Source: an uncultured Opitutia bacterium (lineage in GTDB: Bacteria > Verrucomicrobiota > Verrucomicrobiia > Opitutales > Puniceicoccaceae). From it: DNA of 64,000 nt. Below are positions 8,156 to 17,316 of the stretch, in pieces. The translations under genes and the position numbers were made by a program. The notes beneath the pieces were generated by a model. That model ran no database searches. It saw only the letters and a list, made by a program, of their open reading frames with translations, and was not told the origin of the DNA. The stretch lies in assembly GCA_913056175.1 (NCBI GenBank), contig CAJXLM010000004.1:23189-87188 (forward strand), written 5' to 3'. Numbering within the stretch: position 1 is the stretch's first letter; each line of letters begins with the position of its first letter.

Positions 8156-10459
8156 ATGGCGAAGAGGGATTCGGACAACGGCGCGTATCCGCCGGGGTAC
8201 AGCAACTACCCGGACTACAGCGGTCCCGGACAGTATCCGGGCTACGGCGCGGAGGAGGGCCACGGCGACGCCCCGCGGGACTGGAGGGAATATCTCGCGA
8301 TCCTCCGGGAAAAGTTCTGGTACATCGTTACGATCTTCCTCGTTCTCCTCACGGGCACGATCCTCTACACCTTTCGGGTCACCCCCGAGTACACTTCCTC
8401 CGCGCTGGTCGAGATTTTCCGGGACGATCCCACCCCCATGGCAACGGGCGACGGGATGGACCTGAACCAGATCGCCTCGACCGAGGACCTGAACACCGAG
8501 CTGAACTTCCTGCAGAGCTCCCGGCTGGTCAACGCGGTGAACGACCGCCTCACCGGTGACTTGCGCGCCCGCTTCCTCGCTCCCTACGAGGAAAAGGCGG
8601 GAGACGAGGACTTCGTCTCCGCGGTGTCCATCCTCGCCAAGAACCGGGAGATCGAGCTGGCCCGCATGTCGCTGAATGTCCTCATGCGCTACACCCATCC
8701 CTCCGCGGAAGTGGCGGCCGCGGTGGCCAACCTCTTTGCCGAGGAGTATGTCGACTTCAGCTTGAACCGGGGCCTCGAACAGTCCCTCGGCGCCCTCGAA
8801 GACCTCCGCCGGCAGGCCGAGGAAAAGAAGCGCCGGGTGGAGCAGCTCGAGCAACGGCTGGCCCAGTACCGCCGGGAGAACGACGCGGTTTCCGTCGAGC
8901 AGAGCGAGAATGTCGTCCAGGCCGAGCACCAGATGATGGCCGCACGCCTCAGCGAGGCCGAGAATCTCGTCTCCACCCTGCGCACCCGGCTGGACCTTGT
9001 CCGGGAGTACCGCGAGCGCGGTCGTCCCCTCTGGGAGCTGGATTTCATCGCCGCCCGTCCCCTCGTGCAGGAACTGGTCAACCGTAGGGCGAACGCCATG
9101 ATCACCATCGAGGGGCTCTCCCAGCGCTACCGGGAGAAGCACCCCGAAATGATCGAGGCCCGCCGGACTTTCCGGCAGGTCGAGGAGGAACTCCGGGAAG
9201 CCGTCGGCACGGCGGTGGCCTCCCTCGAGGCGGACCTCGAGCGATCTGTCAAGGATGTGAGGTCCGCCCGGCAGGCCCTTGCCCGCACGGAGGACCGCAT
9301 GCTCGAGCTGGCGGAGATCCGCACGGGCTACAACACCATCCTCCGCGAGTTCGAGGTGGCGGACATGAGCTACCGGGAGGTGGCCAGCCAGCTGGCCCGC
9401 CGGGAGGCGGAGACCGACTGGAAGAAACCACAGGCCATGATCGTGGACCGGGCCCTGCCCCCGGGCAGCCCGAGCTTCCCGAACATCCCGTTGAACCTCG
9501 CCATCGGTGGCGTGGGCGGCCTCGGGGTGGGCATCGGCTTTGCCCTCCTCCTCGGTTTTCTCGACCAGCGCGTGAAGACGATCCGGGATATCATCGAGAC
9601 GACCGGCGCTCCCCTCCTCACGGTGATTCCTCTGATGCGCCCGGGCTCCCGGAAGGAAGAGGTTCCCACCGTGAATACCCGCGGGGTGGACAGCGCGGTG
9701 ACGGAGGCCTTCCGCAGCCTCTACTCCTCCATCCGCCTGAGTGAGACCGGCCGGGACGCCCAGGTCCTCCTCGTCACCAGCGCGAGCCCCGGCGAGGGCA
9801 AGTCGCTGGTCACCGTCAATCTTGGGCTGACCCTGGCCGGGCTCGGCAAGAAGGTCCTCCTCCTCGACGGGGACTTCCGCCTGCCGACGATTGGCAAGCA
9901 GTTCGGGGTCAAGCCGGAGAGCGGCGTGTACCGCTACTTCTACGGGGACGACCCATGGGAGGACTGCCTCGTCCGCGAAGTCGCCCCGGGAGTCGATCTC
10001 CTCGGCGTGGACCGCCGGATCGAGAACCCCACCCAGGTCTTCAACAGCATGGAGTTCGAGGAGCTGCTCATCGAGCTGCGGCAGCACTACGATGCCATCC
10101 TCCTCGACAGCCCGCCGGTGGGCGCGGTCAGCGATGTCCTCTGCATGCTGCCGGTGGTGGACGGGGTCGTCTTCGTCATCAAGTACAACCAGGTGAAGAA
10201 GAACGCGGTCCGCGTGGCGGCGTCCACCCTCCGCGAGTCGGAGGTTCCCCTGCTCGGGGCCGCGCTCAACGGCGTGACCAAGCGGGCGGCCACCGCTTAC
10301 TACCAGGGTTACTACGGCTACCAGTACAAGAATTACTACAACCGCTCCGGCGGGGGGACCGGTGGAGGCGCCGGCGAGGGCACTGGCCGGTTGCGGGCCC
10401 GCTCGCGGTCGGCCGGGAGCGGGTCCGCGCGGGCGAAGGAGCCGGCCGACCGCTCCTGA
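8156..10459 (+). CDS. polysaccharide co-polymerase / tyrosine autokinase (Wzc/GumC-type BY-kinase)
   Basis: Wzz-like region with two TM segments flanking a long coiled-coil. Walker A SASPGEGKS, Walker A'/B-like LLDGDFR and ILLDSPP. C-terminal tyrosine cluster YYQGYYGYQYKNYY. ATG 8156 is preferred over the ORF start at 8090. Confidence 0.88.
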   Translation: MAKRDSDNGAYPPGYSNYPDYSGPGQYPGYGAEEGHGDAPRDWREYLAILREKFWYIVTIFLVLLTGTILYTFRVTPEYTSSALVEIFRDDPTPMATGDGMDLNQIASTEDLNTELNFLQSSRLVNAVNDRLTGDLRARFLAPYEEKAGDEDFVSAVSILAKNREIELARMSLNVLMRYTHPSAEVAAAVANLFAEEYVDFSLNRGLEQSLGALEDLRRQAEEKKRRVEQLEQRLAQYRRENDAVSVEQSENVVQAEHQMMAARLSEAENLVSTLRTRLDLVREYRERGRPLWELDFIAARPLVQELVNRRANAMITIEGLSQRYREKHPEMIEARRTFRQVEEELREAVGTAVASLEADLERSVKDVRSARQALARTEDRMLELAEIRTGYNTILREFEVADMSYREVASQLARREAETDWKKPQAMIVDRALPPGSPSFPNIPLNLAIGGVGGLGVGIGFALLLGFLDQRVKTIRDIIETTGAPLLTVIPLMRPGSRKEEVPTVNTRGVDSAVTEAFRSLYSSIRLSETGRDAQVLLVTSASPGEGKSLVTVNLGLTLAGLGKKVLLLDGDFRLPTIGKQFGVKPESGVYRYFYGDDPWEDCLVREVAPGVDLLGVDRRIENPTQVFNSMEFEELLIELRQHYDAILLDSPPVGAVSDVLCMLPVVDGVVFVIKYNQVKKNAVRVAASTLRESEVPLLGAALNGVTKRAATAYYQGYYGYQYKNYYNRSGGGTGGGAGEGTGRLRARSRSAGSGSARAKEPADRS

Positions 10460-10558
10460 AGGGTCGATCCGGCCTCCGCCGGGGCGCCGCTCGCCCGGAT
10501 CCGCGGGACGGGGAGGTTTTGATTGTAATGAGGACAGGCGGGATCCATCGTCCAGCTT

Positions 10559-11833
10559 TTGCCCTTTTCTATGTCCGAAGAACTTACTGGAAATTGCCTG
10601 ATCACCCAGATGGGACCGGCCACCGCCGTGACCAATGCGAGCCTCGCCGGTGCCATCGAGGAGGCGCTCAACCATCCCTGCATTGAGGAGATCTACGGGG
10701 CGCGCGACGGGATCAGCGGCCTGCTGCAGGAGGATCTCGTCGACCTCGCCGAGGAATCCCAGCAGGTCATCCGCGGGCTCCGCACGACCCCGGCGGCGGC
10801 CCTCGGCACCTCCAGCCAGCGCTTGAAGCGGCCGGAGGAACTCGAGCGGGCCCTCGAGGTATTCGCCGCCCACGACATCCGCTACCTCGTCCTCATCGGT
10901 TCCGCGGAGGCCCAGGAAACCGCCCAGCAGATCCACGACCTCGCCGTGGAACGCGGGTATCCGCTCCGGGTGATCGGGATTCCCCAGGCCGTCGACAATA
11001 CCCTGCACGGGACCGACCACTGTCCCGGCTTCGGCAGCGCGATGAAACACCTCTGCCTCCTCGCCGAGGAGATGGCCTGTACCGGGCGTTCCGGCGGCCG
11101 GCACGACACGGTGCTCATCCTCGAGGTGGCCGGCCGGGCCGCGGGATGGCTCGCCGCGGGCACCTCCCTCCTCAAGCGGAAGGACCACCCGGACGACCCG
11201 CCCCACCTCATCCTCCTGCCGGAGCAGCCCTTCCAGCCGGAGAAGTTTCTCGCCGACCTGCAGCGCGTCCTCCAGAAGGAGCGTTTCGCGCTCGTGGTGG
11301 TGGCGGAGGGCCTCGCCGACGAGGACGGCAACTACCTGAGCACCTCCGGGAACGCGGTGGACGCCTACGGGCAGGTCCAGCTCGGGGGAGTCGGCGAGTA
11401 CCTCTGTGGCCTCATCGAGGAGCAGTTCGCCCTCCGCACGCAGTCGGTCCGTCCGGGCGGTTTGCAGGCGGCCGCGGCCCACGCGGCGTCCGGCACCGAT
11501 GCCGACGAGGCGTTCCTCGCGGGCCGGGCGGCGATCGGGGCCGTCGTGGACGGGGCCAGCGGGCAGATGGTGACGCTCCTGCGCGCGGAAAAGGAACAAT
11601 ACGAGTGCCTGACCGGGCTGATCGCCCTGCGCGAAGCGGTGGACGGGGTGAAGCGGCTGCCCGCGGAGTGGATCAACGAGAACGGGATCAGCATGAACCA
11701 GCAGTTCCTGAAGTACGCCCAGCCCCTCGTGGAGGGCGAGTCCTTCCCCTCCTTCGCGAATGGTCTGCCCGAGTACGTCCGCCTGCGCGGTCGCCGTGTG
11801 GAACGGAGGCTCGAGCCCTTTGCCACCCTCTGA
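10559..11833 (+). CDS. phosphofructokinase-family protein with degenerate catalytic motifs
   Basis: Overall PFK/PPi-PFK-like layout (IGIPQAVDNTLHGTDHCPGFGSA, EVAGR, LLPEQPF, VVVAEG), but several hallmark motifs are substituted (see findings). The start could instead be ATG 10571. Confidence 0.8.
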   Translation: MPFSMSEELTGNCLITQMGPATAVTNASLAGAIEEALNHPCIEEIYGARDGISGLLQEDLVDLAEESQQVIRGLRTTPAAALGTSSQRLKRPEELERALEVFAAHDIRYLVLIGSAEAQETAQQIHDLAVERGYPLRVIGIPQAVDNTLHGTDHCPGFGSAMKHLCLLAEEMACTGRSGGRHDTVLILEVAGRAAGWLAAGTSLLKRKDHPDDPPHLILLPEQPFQPEKFLADLQRVLQKERFALVVVAEGLADEDGNYLSTSGNAVDAYGQVQLGGVGEYLCGLIEEQFALRTQSVRPGGLQAAAAHAASGTDADEAFLAGRAAIGAVVDGASGQMVTLLRAEKEQYECLTGLIALREAVDGVKRLPAEWINENGISMNQQFLKYAQPLVEGESFPSFANGLPEYVRLRGRRVERRLEPFATL

Positions 11834-13403
11834 CGACGGATCGGTCGGGGCGGCCGGAGCCTCCCCGCGGGGCGGCGCCCTACCCCTCTACCAGTGGCCG
11901 GGGAAGCGCCGGAGCGGCATCCTCCTGCACCCGACGGCCCTCCCCGGTGGCTACGGGATCGGCACCCTCGGGGAGGAGGCCTTCCGCTGGATCGACTTCC
12001 TCGCGGATCATTCCTTCCAGATCTGGCAGATGTGCCCGCTCGGGCCCACCGGATACGGTGACTCCCCCTACCAGGCCCTCTCCAGTTTTGCCGGCAATCC
12101 CTACCTTCTCGATCCCGACGAACTCGTGGCGGCCGAGCTCCTCACGCCCTCCGAGGTGGAGAGGGCCCGGCGGCCGGACGGGGAGCGGGTGGACTATGGC
12201 CGACTCTGGAACGAGCGCGGGGAATTGCTCGCCCGCGCCGCCCGGCGCGGCCTGCGGTCCCCGCCGCGGGCCTGCGGGGAGCGCTACGGCTCGTGGGAGG
12301 AATTCCGGGAGGCGGAGGCGGATTGGCTGGAACCCTACGCCTGGTTCCTCGCCCTGAAGGAGGCCCGCGGCCAGGAGTCGTGGACCCGCTGGCCGGAAGA
12401 GTGGCGCTCCTGGGACCGCGCCCGCGAGGCCGGCCTGCCCCGCGAGCATCGTCCGCGGGCGGAAGAGCACGCCTTTCTCCAGTACCTCTTTGCCGGGCAG
12501 TGGGCGCGGGTGCGGGAGCACGCCCGGGCGAGGGGTCTCCTCCTCGTCGGGGACATCCCGATTTTCGTGGCCCTGGACAGCGCAGACGTCTGGCGGCACC
12601 CCGAGTACTTCCAGCTCGGGCCCGACCTGCAACCGACCGTCGTCGCCGGGGTGCCCCCGGACTACTTCTCGGCGACGGGCCAGCTCTGGGGCAATCCGCT
12701 CTACGACTGGGATCGCTTGGCCGCGGACGACTACGGGTGGTGGATGGACCGGATCCGGCGAACCTTCGCCCTCTTCGACTGGGTCCGGGTTGACCACTTC
12801 CGGGGCTTTGCCGCCAGCTACGCGGTGCCCGCCGGGGAACGGGACGCGCGCCGCGGTTCCTGGCAGCCGGGCCCGGGCATCGCCTTCTTCGAGCGATTGC
12901 ACCGCGAATTCCCGGAACCGCGCCTCATCCTCGAGGATCTCGGCCTGATCACCCCGGAGGTGGAGGAGCTGCGCGAACGGACCGGGCTCCCCGGCATGGC
13001 GATCCTCCAGTTCGCCTTCAGTGGACCGGACAATGCCTACCTGCCCCACCACCTCCGCGAGCGGACGGTCGTCTATCCCGGCACCCACGACAACGACACC
13101 ACCCGCGGCTGGTACGAGGCGGAGGACGAGGGCGTGCGCGACTTTGCCCGGCGCTACCTGAGGGTCTCCGGGGAAACGATTGCCTGGGACTTCATCCGGG
13201 CGGCCTACGCCTCGGTGGCCAGCGTGGCCGTGATTGCCCTGCAGGACTTCCTCCACCTCGGCAGCGAGGCCCGCTTCAACACGCCCTCGGTGGCCGAGGG
13301 GAACTGGAGCTGGCGGGCCAGCCGGGCCCAGCTGGACGGCCTTGCCCGGGAAAGCGGGGACTACCTCCGGGAACTCGCCTACCTCTACGACCGGGAGCCC
13401 TGA
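11760..13403 (+). CDS. malQ: 4-alpha-glucanotransferase (amylomaltase)
   Basis: SGILLHPTALPGGYGIGTLGEEAFRWIDFL...WQMCPLGPTGYGDSPYQALSSFAGNPYLLD, plus ...GTHDNDT... The start is uncertain: there is no ATG/GTG/TTG in frame after the upstream stop, so it must begin at ATG 11760 or GTG 11796, overlapping the previous gene. Confidence 0.9.
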   Translation: MVCPSTSACAVAVWNGGSSPLPPSDDGSVGAAGASPRGGALPLYQWPGKRRSGILLHPTALPGGYGIGTLGEEAFRWIDFLADHSFQIWQMCPLGPTGYGDSPYQALSSFAGNPYLLDPDELVAAELLTPSEVERARRPDGERVDYGRLWNERGELLARAARRGLRSPPRACGERYGSWEEFREAEADWLEPYAWFLALKEARGQESWTRWPEEWRSWDRAREAGLPREHRPRAEEHAFLQYLFAGQWARVREHARARGLLLVGDIPIFVALDSADVWRHPEYFQLGPDLQPTVVAGVPPDYFSATGQLWGNPLYDWDRLAADDYGWWMDRIRRTFALFDWVRVDHFRGFAASYAVPAGERDARRGSWQPGPGIAFFERLHREFPEPRLILEDLGLITPEVEELRERTGLPGMAILQFAFSGPDNAYLPHHLRERTVVYPGTHDNDTTRGWYEAEDEGVRDFARRYLRVSGETIAWDFIRAAYASVASVAVIALQDFLHLGSEARFNTPSVAEGNWSWRASRAQLDGLARESGDYLRELAYLYDREP

Positions 13404-13449
13404 GGGCCGGCGGGGCCGCGCTCTTGCGCGGCGCAACCGCGGACCCATT

Positions 13450-13935
13450 ATGGGAGGGGTGTTCTGGTGGGAAAAGTGGCGCCGCTGGCGCAATCAGTGG
13501 GGCGTGGCGACCCGCTCTTCCGCCCAAGGGGGCGCCGGGGGCCGGGGGGAGGATGCCGCGGCCGACTACCTGGCCGGGACGAGGAACTACCGCCTGATCG
13601 TGCGGAACTGGCGGGAGGCCCCCTACGAGATCGACCTCGTTCTCTGGGACGGTCCTGTCCTCGTGTTCGTGGAGGTGCGGGCCCGGAACGAGCACGCCCT
13701 CGTCGGCGGGTACGACTCCCTCACCCGCCGCAAGCGGGAGGCCCTCCGCCGGGCGGGCCTCGCCTACCTTCGCCAGTGCCGGAGGCGGCCCGCCCATTTT
13801 CGCTTCGACATGGTGGAAGCCTCCCTGCAGGAAGGACGGGTCGGGGGCCTCCGCCACCACGAAAACATCGCCATCTTCCGCAAGGAGGACCGGGTGCGCC
13901 CGACCGGTGCCCCCGCCGGCGGAACCCGTCCCTGA
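13450..13935 (+). CDS. YraN-family (UPF0102) endonuclease-like protein
   Basis: GEDAAADYLAGTRNYRLIVRNWREAPYEIDLVLWDGPVLVFVEVRAR...RKREALRRAGLAYL matches the YraN pattern. An alternative start at GTG 13504 would remove the Trp/Arg-rich N-terminal 18 aa. Confidence 0.8.
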   Translation: MGGVFWWEKWRRWRNQWGVATRSSAQGGAGGRGEDAAADYLAGTRNYRLIVRNWREAPYEIDLVLWDGPVLVFVEVRARNEHALVGGYDSLTRRKREALRRAGLAYLRQCRRRPAHFRFDMVEASLQEGRVGGLRHHENIAIFRKEDRVRPTGAPAGGTRP

Positions 13936-13944
13936 CCCTCACCC

Positions 13945-15492
13945 ATGGACTCGACGGAACGACATCCCTTCCTGCGGGGGCTCAGCAAGCACCGGGGCGC
14001 CCCGCCGACCGTGCTCGTCATCTTCGGCGCGTCCGGGGACCTGACCGCGCGCAAGCTCCTCCCGGCCCTTTACAACCTCGCGGTCGACCACCTCCTGCCG
14101 GCGGACTTCTTCTTTGTCGGCTACGGCCGGCGCGAGGTGGACGAGGAGGAATTCCGCCGGCGGGCGGCCGGGGCCGTCCGCGAGTATTCGCGCCGCTCCC
14201 TGCAGGAAGAGGTCTGGGCCCCGTTGCGGAATCGGACCTTCTACCAGACGGGCTCCTACGAGGACGAAGCCGACTTCCGGGCCCTCGCCGAGCGTCTCGC
14301 CGCGATCGAGCACGAGGTCGGCCGGGAACTGCAGTACCTCTTCTACATCTCCACCCCGCCGGGGGTCTTCGCTCCCATCCTCGACAACCTCGGGCGCTCC
14401 GGTCTCGCCTCCCACCACGAGGGCAGCCGCGAGGCCAGCAAGGTCGTCATCGAGAAACCCTTCGGGCATGACCGGGCCAGCGCGGAGGAACTCAACGGGG
14501 TGATCGCCCGCAACTTCCGGGAGTCCCAGGTCTTCCGGATCGATCACTACCTCGGCAAGGAGACCGTCCAGGACCTGCTCGTGCAGCGTTTCGCCAACAC
14601 CATCTTCGAGCCACTCTGGAACCGCCAGTACGTGGATTCCGTCCAGATTACCGTGGCGGAGGACATCGGGGTGGGCGCGCGGGCCGGCTACTACGACCAG
14701 AGCGGGGCTCTCCGGGACATGATCCAGAACCACGCGATGCAGCTGGTCTCCCTCACGGCCATGGAGCCCCCCGTCTCCCTCGACCCGGAGGCCATCCGCG
14801 ACGAGAAGGTGAAGGTCCTCCAGGCGATCGGGATGCCCGTGGCCGAGCCGGAGGAGGGGGATGTCGTCCGGGCCCAGTACGAGGCCGGCCTCATCGAGGG
14901 GGAAAAGGTGCCGGGCTACCTCGAGGAGTACGGGGTGGCCGCGGACTCTCCCACGGAGACCTTCGCCGCGCTGCGGTTGTGGATCAACAACTGGCGCTGG
15001 AAGGGAGTCCCCTTCTATGTGCGCTCGGGCAAGCGGATGGCCCGCCGGACCAGCGAGATCGCCGTCCAGTTCAAGCGGCCCCCCGGCATCCTCTTCAGCG
15101 GGGACCGCCAGTTCGACCTCGCGGCCAACACCATGGTCATCCAGGTGCAGCCCGACGAGGGGCAGACCCTGTTGCTCAACTCGAAGATTCCCGGCCTGGA
15201 GACCCGCACCCAGCCCGTGAAGATGCATTTTCGCTACGCGGCCACCTACGGCTCGAACACTCCGGAGGCGTACGAGCGCCTCGTCATGGACGCCATGGTC
15301 GGCGACAGCACCCTGTTCATCCGCGGCGACGAGACGGAGGCCTCCTGGCGCCTGATCACCCCGGTCCTCGAGGCGTGGCAGGCCTTTGGCCGGGCCGGCC
15401 TGGCGAGTTATCCGGCCGGTTCCTGGGGGCCGCTCGCCGCGGACCGCCTGCTCTGGGAACACCGGCACGAGTGGCGCCGGCCGGGGGCCTGA
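13945..15492 (+). CDS. zwf: glucose-6-phosphate 1-dehydrogenase
   Basis: FGASGDLTARKLLPALYNL, EKPFGHD and RIDHYLGKE motifs. 515 aa. Confidence 0.96.
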   Translation: MDSTERHPFLRGLSKHRGAPPTVLVIFGASGDLTARKLLPALYNLAVDHLLPADFFFVGYGRREVDEEEFRRRAAGAVREYSRRSLQEEVWAPLRNRTFYQTGSYEDEADFRALAERLAAIEHEVGRELQYLFYISTPPGVFAPILDNLGRSGLASHHEGSREASKVVIEKPFGHDRASAEELNGVIARNFRESQVFRIDHYLGKETVQDLLVQRFANTIFEPLWNRQYVDSVQITVAEDIGVGARAGYYDQSGALRDMIQNHAMQLVSLTAMEPPVSLDPEAIRDEKVKVLQAIGMPVAEPEEGDVVRAQYEAGLIEGEKVPGYLEEYGVAADSPTETFAALRLWINNWRWKGVPFYVRSGKRMARRTSEIAVQFKRPPGILFSGDRQFDLAANTMVIQVQPDEGQTLLLNSKIPGLETRTQPVKMHFRYAATYGSNTPEAYERLVMDAMVGDSTLFIRGDETEASWRLITPVLEAWQAFGRAGLASYPAGSWGPLAADRLLWEHRHEWRRPGA

Positions 15493-15527
15493 GGGTCCCG
15501 GCCGCCCGGAACGCGAGAATCCTCCCG

Positions 15528-16508
15528 ATGTCCGAAGTCCTGCAGGCCCTCCCCGGCGAATGGCTGGCCATTCCCGAGATGAACCGCCAGCTCCGCACGA
15601 TGTGGGAACCGGGCGGGTCCGCGGGGGGAGCCCCCTCCGAGTTCCGGGCCTCCCAGATGAATCTCCTCCTCCATTTTGGTCCGGAAACGGAGCCGCGGGA
15701 CGCCCGGGCCCGCTTTGACGAGGCGATCGTGTTCAGCCAGCGCTACCCCTGCCGGATCATCGTCCTCTGCGCGGATGCGGACGAGCCGGTGCGCGAACGG
15801 GTGGAGGGCAAGCTCTTCGCGCAGTGCTACATCGGGGAGACGCCCCGCACGATGTGCTGCTGCGAGGCCCTCGCGGTGGCCTTCGACCCGGCAGAGGCGG
15901 CCGCGGTCTTCAACCAGGTGTCGACCTGGATCGAGAGCGACCTGCCCTCCCTGCTCTGGCTGCACCGCATCGATCCGAAGTCCCTGGTCCCCTACCTGCC
16001 CGCCCTCGCCGCCCGGATGCGCCGGATCCTCTACGACCGGTCCGTGGAAGGGAAAGCCGTGGAGGAGCTCCCCCGGCCCGGGGACGTCCGCTGGAGCGAC
16101 CTCGCCGAGGCCCGCACCCTTCCCCTGCGCCAATCCCTCGGCCAGTACCTCAGCTGCTTCCCGCCGGGCGAGCTGGCGGGACAGGGCCGGGCGATCGCCG
16201 CGGAGCACGGACCCGGGCTGGCCGGTGAGGCCCACGCCCTCGCCAGCTGGATGGCCGACTGTCTCGAGGAGGCCGCCGGGGGGGACCGTCCGGCCACCGA
16301 GGTGCGCCCGGCGGGCACGGACCGGGTCCTCGCGGTGGAATGGAGGGACGCGGCCGGGGAAAGGACCCTCGCCTTCCGCGCGGATCTCGGGCGGGGCCAG
16401 GGGACGGTCGAGGCGCGGTGGGCCGGGGAACACGGCCCCGCCGGAACCACATTTGTGGTCGACCTCCTCGGGCCCCGTGAGACTCTCGGGGAGGCGATTT
16501 TCTTCTGA
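15528..16508 (+). CDS. opcA: OpcA-like glucose-6-phosphate dehydrogenase assembly protein
   Basis: 326 aa from ATG 15528, lying between zwf and pgl, which is the canonical position of opcA. The call rests mostly on context, with weak sequence resemblance. Confidence 0.55.
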   Translation: MSEVLQALPGEWLAIPEMNRQLRTMWEPGGSAGGAPSEFRASQMNLLLHFGPETEPRDARARFDEAIVFSQRYPCRIIVLCADADEPVRERVEGKLFAQCYIGETPRTMCCCEALAVAFDPAEAAAVFNQVSTWIESDLPSLLWLHRIDPKSLVPYLPALAARMRRILYDRSVEGKAVEELPRPGDVRWSDLAEARTLPLRQSLGQYLSCFPPGELAGQGRAIAAEHGPGLAGEAHALASWMADCLEEAAGGDRPATEVRPAGTDRVLAVEWRDAAGERTLAFRADLGRGQGTVEARWAGEHGPAGTTFVVDLLGPRETLGEAIFF

Positions 16509-16575
16509 ACGGCCGTTGCCGGTCCCGGATTTCGCCCCCACTCTCTCTCCACGCAACCCGAATCCGAAGACAACC

Positions 16576-17316
16576 ATGACATCCGATACTCCCGACCATG
16601 TTTCGGTGGTGAGCACCGAGAATCTTTTTGGCGAGTTGCTCTCGTGCCTCGCGGAAGCCGGTCGCTCGCGGCACACGGTGGCCCTTACCGGCGGCTCCAC
16701 CCCCAAGGCGTTCTACCAGTGGATCCGTGCCAACGGGGGGCTCGACCCGGCCATGCAGGAGGGCATTCGCTGGACGGTCTCCGACGAGCGGCATGTGCCC
16801 CTGGACAGCCCGGACAGCAACTTCGGCAATGCCGACCGGCTCCTTCTCGGCCCGGAGGGCGTCCCGAAGGCGCGCAAGCACGCCTGGGACACCACCCTCC
16901 CCCCCGCGGAGTGTGCCCGGGACTACGCCCGCCGGTGGGCCGAGCAGGTGGGTGCGGACCACACCTACGATCTCTGCTTTCTCGGGCTCGGCGAGGACGG
17001 GCACACCGCCTCCCTCTTCCCGGGGAGCCCCCTGCTCGCCGAGGATCCCCCGGAATTCTTCCGGAGTGTGGACGCCGGGGAGCGCGGCCACCGGCTGACC
17101 ATCACGCCGGCCGGCCTCGCCCGCTGCGGGAAGATCGTGGTCGTGGCGACCGGGGAGCGGAAGCGGGAGGCCGTGGAGCGGGTGTTTCTCGGCGAGGAGG
17201 AGCCCGCCACCTGCCCGTCCCGCTTGCTGCTCGACTTCGGCGACAAGGTGCACTGGTTCCTGGACCGGGCCGCCGCCGCCGGCCTGCGGAAGAGCCGGGA
17301 GAGCGGGGAGGAGTGA
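16576..17316 (+). CDS. pgl: 6-phosphogluconolactonase
   Basis: VALTGGSTPKAFY and LGLGEDGHTASLFPGSP motifs. ATG at 16576. Confidence 0.9.
   Translation: MTSDTPDHVSVVSTENLFGELLSCLAEAGRSRHTVALTGGSTPKAFYQWIRANGGLDPAMQEGIRWTVSDERHVPLDSPDSNFGNADRLLLGPEGVPKARKHAWDTTLPPAECARDYARRWAEQVGADHTYDLCFLGLGEDGHTASLFPGSPLLAEDPPEFFRSVDAGERGHRLTITPAGLARCGKIVVVATGERKREAVERVFLGEEEPATCPSRLLLDFGDKVHWFLDRAAAAGLRKSRESGEE

Noticed and set aside
8084-11599. Very long antisense ORFs, including 1171 aa at 8084-11599(-), 1183 aa at 56130-59681(+), 924 aa at 31017-33791(-), 917 aa at 28463-31216(+), 670 aa at 3471-5483(-), 800 aa at 61171-63573(-) and many 100-700-aa others.
   Set aside because: All lie opposite or out of frame to genes with strong family signatures. 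Their translations are Arg/Pro/Gly/Ala-rich low-complexity sequence with no recognisable motifs. High GC content suppresses stop codons in non-coding frames, so such shadow ORFs are expected.
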